A stretch of DNA of 64,000 bases from Eledone cirrhosa (lineage: Eukaryota). A program made the translations under genes and the position numbers. Where the stretch lies: the NCBI GenBank assembly GCA_964016885.1, contig OZ024741.1, positions 377,704,001 to 377,768,000 on the forward strand, read 5' to 3'. A model generated the notes under the pieces. The model worked only from the letters and a program-made list of their open reading frames with translations, did no database searches and was not told where the DNA came from. This document shows positions 61,223-64,000 of this stretch, piece by piece (positions within the stretch are counted from its first letter, which is position 1; each line of letters opens with the position of its first letter).

Positions 61223-61724
61223 TAAACATACGAACACAAACTCATAGATACTACATATCACAAAACCCAGTAACCACAAATCCACCGCCGCCACCACCCC
61301 ATCCATCATCTTGCTACCACTATCCCATCGCCGCCGCCACCACTCCTTCATTGCTACCACCACTATTCCCTGTTAACTTGAGAGAGAAAGGGGAAGGTGG
61401 CGGTATCACTAGACAAGGGAGAGGCTAGCAAAAGATATAAATAGATTGACTTAGTGACCTGGCCTCCGGCCAAACCTCAACATCAACAACTATGGGACTG
61501 CTGGCTCACCAACAATATAAAAGGCCCCGGCACCACCACCGACATAGCCAACAACAATAACACGCAACTACAGCAAAAAGTATATTATATTATTGTAATG
61601 CACTGGGTGATTGCTGGCATTGTGCCTGAAGTGGAGACAATTATTAATAATTTCATTCTTAAGCCACGCAATGCTCACATTAAGGGACCACTCATGATAA
61701 TAACAATTTAAAAAAAACAACAAA

Positions 61725-64000
61725 AAGAAAACCCCGTGACCAAGAAATACCGGGATGGCGGCCGGCGGGGAATAGCCGTGTCTCTAGCGGAGAACGACCC
61801 CTCTAGTCTTGGTTGACACTCGTTCTAGAAGTGGTAACACGAAATGATTACCCCTTGGCGGATAAGGATAAAACGCGACAAAATAAAGTAAAGGTCTAAT
61901 GATAAAATCTCATACCGGATCGGCCGTCACCCGGGTAAAAAAGGGCCGCGTCCCTCAGAGAGGAACCAGACTGGGGTCGAAAAATCAGCTAATGGTTCAA
62001 ACCTTCCCATCACTTCGGAGCTGGAGACCTCCCATAACCGGAATACTCCTAGTGTTGGCCCTCCATGCTCACCACCAAGAAATCCAAAGAAAAAGAGAGA
62101 AAAATTGTCAAGGGAAGATAATAAAGAAGTCTTTGAGGCTTTCTACCATCAAATACATCGAATACAGAACAGACATATATCAACTGGAAAAAGAAACATC
62201 CCGAAAACAGAGGCTATATTGACAGTAACAAACTAGCCAATATACGAAGAAATATTGTAAGAAAAAAGTTACTAACTGATATAGAAATTGATCAGATCAA
62301 GCTATTAGCACAAAGTCAGCGAAGAGAAAATGAAATATGTGTCAGTGAAAACGAGGTAAACTGTAACACTTCGAACCCCAGGGTTGGGGCGGAATCACTG
62401 GCAACAGAACAAATTAAAGAAAGGATCGAAAAAGTGGAGGGAGTGCATGCTCAGGATGAAACACCAAATGAAAATAATGAGATCGTAAATGATAAATAAA
62501 TGAATGAGAATGAATTTGCCAACTTGAAGGATGAAATTATGATCGAATGGATGAAAATGAAAGAATCTGACATGGGGCAACGAGACACCCTCCCTAAGAT
62601 CCAGAACTCCAAACAGAACCAAAAGATAATACACAAGACTAACATAATTCTCAAAAAAATTATCATCACAAACAAACTAAACATTACTGATTTAAATCAT
62701 CTCTATTATGCATCGGCTAAAGTCACCACTCACTTATGTGGGGTGAAGATGAAAAAGCAAAGGAATTCCCACAAGAAATCTACTTGGCAAGAGAACATCA
62801 ATCGCCAAATAAACCTTCTCCGATCTGACATAGAAATTTTAACAAACTATAAAGTAGGTGAACATGTTAAACAAACTAAACTTAGAAAATTGAAAAAAAA
62901 GTACAGTATAAAATCAACATGTGACATAGGCATGCTGATAGAAATAATCAAGCAAAAAGTGTCGGCCAAAGCTGCTCGTATAAGGCGCTTTGAAAAACGA
63001 TCTAGATTCTATAAGGACAATAATATGTTCAAAAACAACCAAAGAAACTTCTACAGAAAAATTAGTAAGTCAACAATAACTGCTAAATCAATACCACCCA
63101 AGGTGGAAGTGCAAGAATTCTGGGAAAAGATCTGGGCCGAGGAAAAAGTTCATAACATACATGCCCCATGGATAGACAGACAAATGAAAGATACAGCTGA
63201 CCTTGAGGAACAAACATGGGAAAACATAACAGTTGAACAGTTGCGCTTGGCTCTAAGAAAAACCAGCAAATGGAAATCCCCAGGAAAAGACAAAATACAA
63301 AACTTTTGGATAAATGCCTTCACAGAGTCTCATGAGCTGTTAGCCCAACTTTACAATGAAAAAGTTAAGGAGCCAGAAAAGATACCTTCATGGCTAGTTA
63401 ACGGCATTACATTCCTGCTTCCGAAGAATGATGAGACAAACAATCCCAAAAATTACAGACCGATAACTTGCTTGACCACAATGTATAAAATTTTAACATC
63501 AGTCCTAACTGAATACACATATGACCACCTGATAACAAATGACCTATTTCCCATTGAGCAGAAAGGGTGTAAACGAGGCTCATTTGGCTGTACGGATCAG
63601 CTTCTGGTTAACAAAATGGTACTGGAAGATTGTCATAATAGACACAAAAATGTATCGATTGCTTGGATAGATTACAAAAAAGCATTTGATAGTTTGCCAC
63701 ACAGTTGGATTGAAAAATGTTTAGAGATTTTCAAAGTATCCCCCGTTGTCAGGAGGTTTTTTGTCATTCAGTATGAAGACATGGAAAACGACACTCCTTT
63801 TGAATAGTGAAACAAAATCACTGGAAGCTGGAGAAGTTAATATTAATTGTGGAATTGTTCAGGGTGAATCTTTATCACCGCTTTTATTCTGCATCGCACT
63901 TATACCATTAAGTAAAATGCTCAATGAAACAAAACATGGATATAAAGTCTATGACAAAACCATTAATCACCTGTTCTACATGGATGACCTGAAACTATTT
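61725..64000 (+). mobile_element. R4/Dong-clade non-LTR retrotransposon, 5' part (runs off window)
   Basis: GC-richer leader, frameshifted N-terminus from ~61899, RT ORF listed next. Confidence 0.88.
62500..64000 (+). pseudogene. R4/Dong-type reverse transcriptase, frameshift near 63760
   Basis: WKSPGKD, NYRPITCLTTMYKILT, EQKGCKRGSFGCTDQLL, AWIDYKKAFDSLPHSWI; after the shift GIVQGESLSPLLF and HLFYMDDLKL (63977-63988). Confidence 0.9.

Overview
AT-rich, microsatellite-dense animal DNA. The tRNA-derived SINEs resemble Octopus families as I recall them, so a cephalopod origin is likely but unverified. No host protein-coding gene could be supported; most ORF-track entries are (TA)n/(CA)n artefacts. 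The window is a graveyard of Penelope-like retroelements (PLEs; RT + C-terminal GIY-YIG) from at least three lineages: Naiad-like (GLYRDD), Neptune-like and Penelope/Poseidon-like. Nearly all abut (TA)n tracts and carry type I hammerhead ribozyme (HHR) motifs in their pseudo-LTRs (pLTRs). About 15 HHR motifs can be read directly, including a U3-A8 core variant. The main theme is fold-back architecture at every scale: 60-350 bp hairpin mini-elements made only of pLTR/HHR sequence, 1.6 kb and 4.8 kb inverted-pLTR insertions, and an ~8.8 kb head-to-head Naiad dimer. Several hairpin apices coincide with HHR stem II or short microhomologies. A near-complete, extremely C-rich Neptune-like PLE (31.3-35.7 kb) is a compositional outlier. 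Other relics: a Gypsy LTR+PBS+gag fragment, Helitron, MULE, Tc1/mariner, RTE, CRE-like and R4/Dong LINEs. Coordinates were read by eye; element boundaries may be off by tens of bases.
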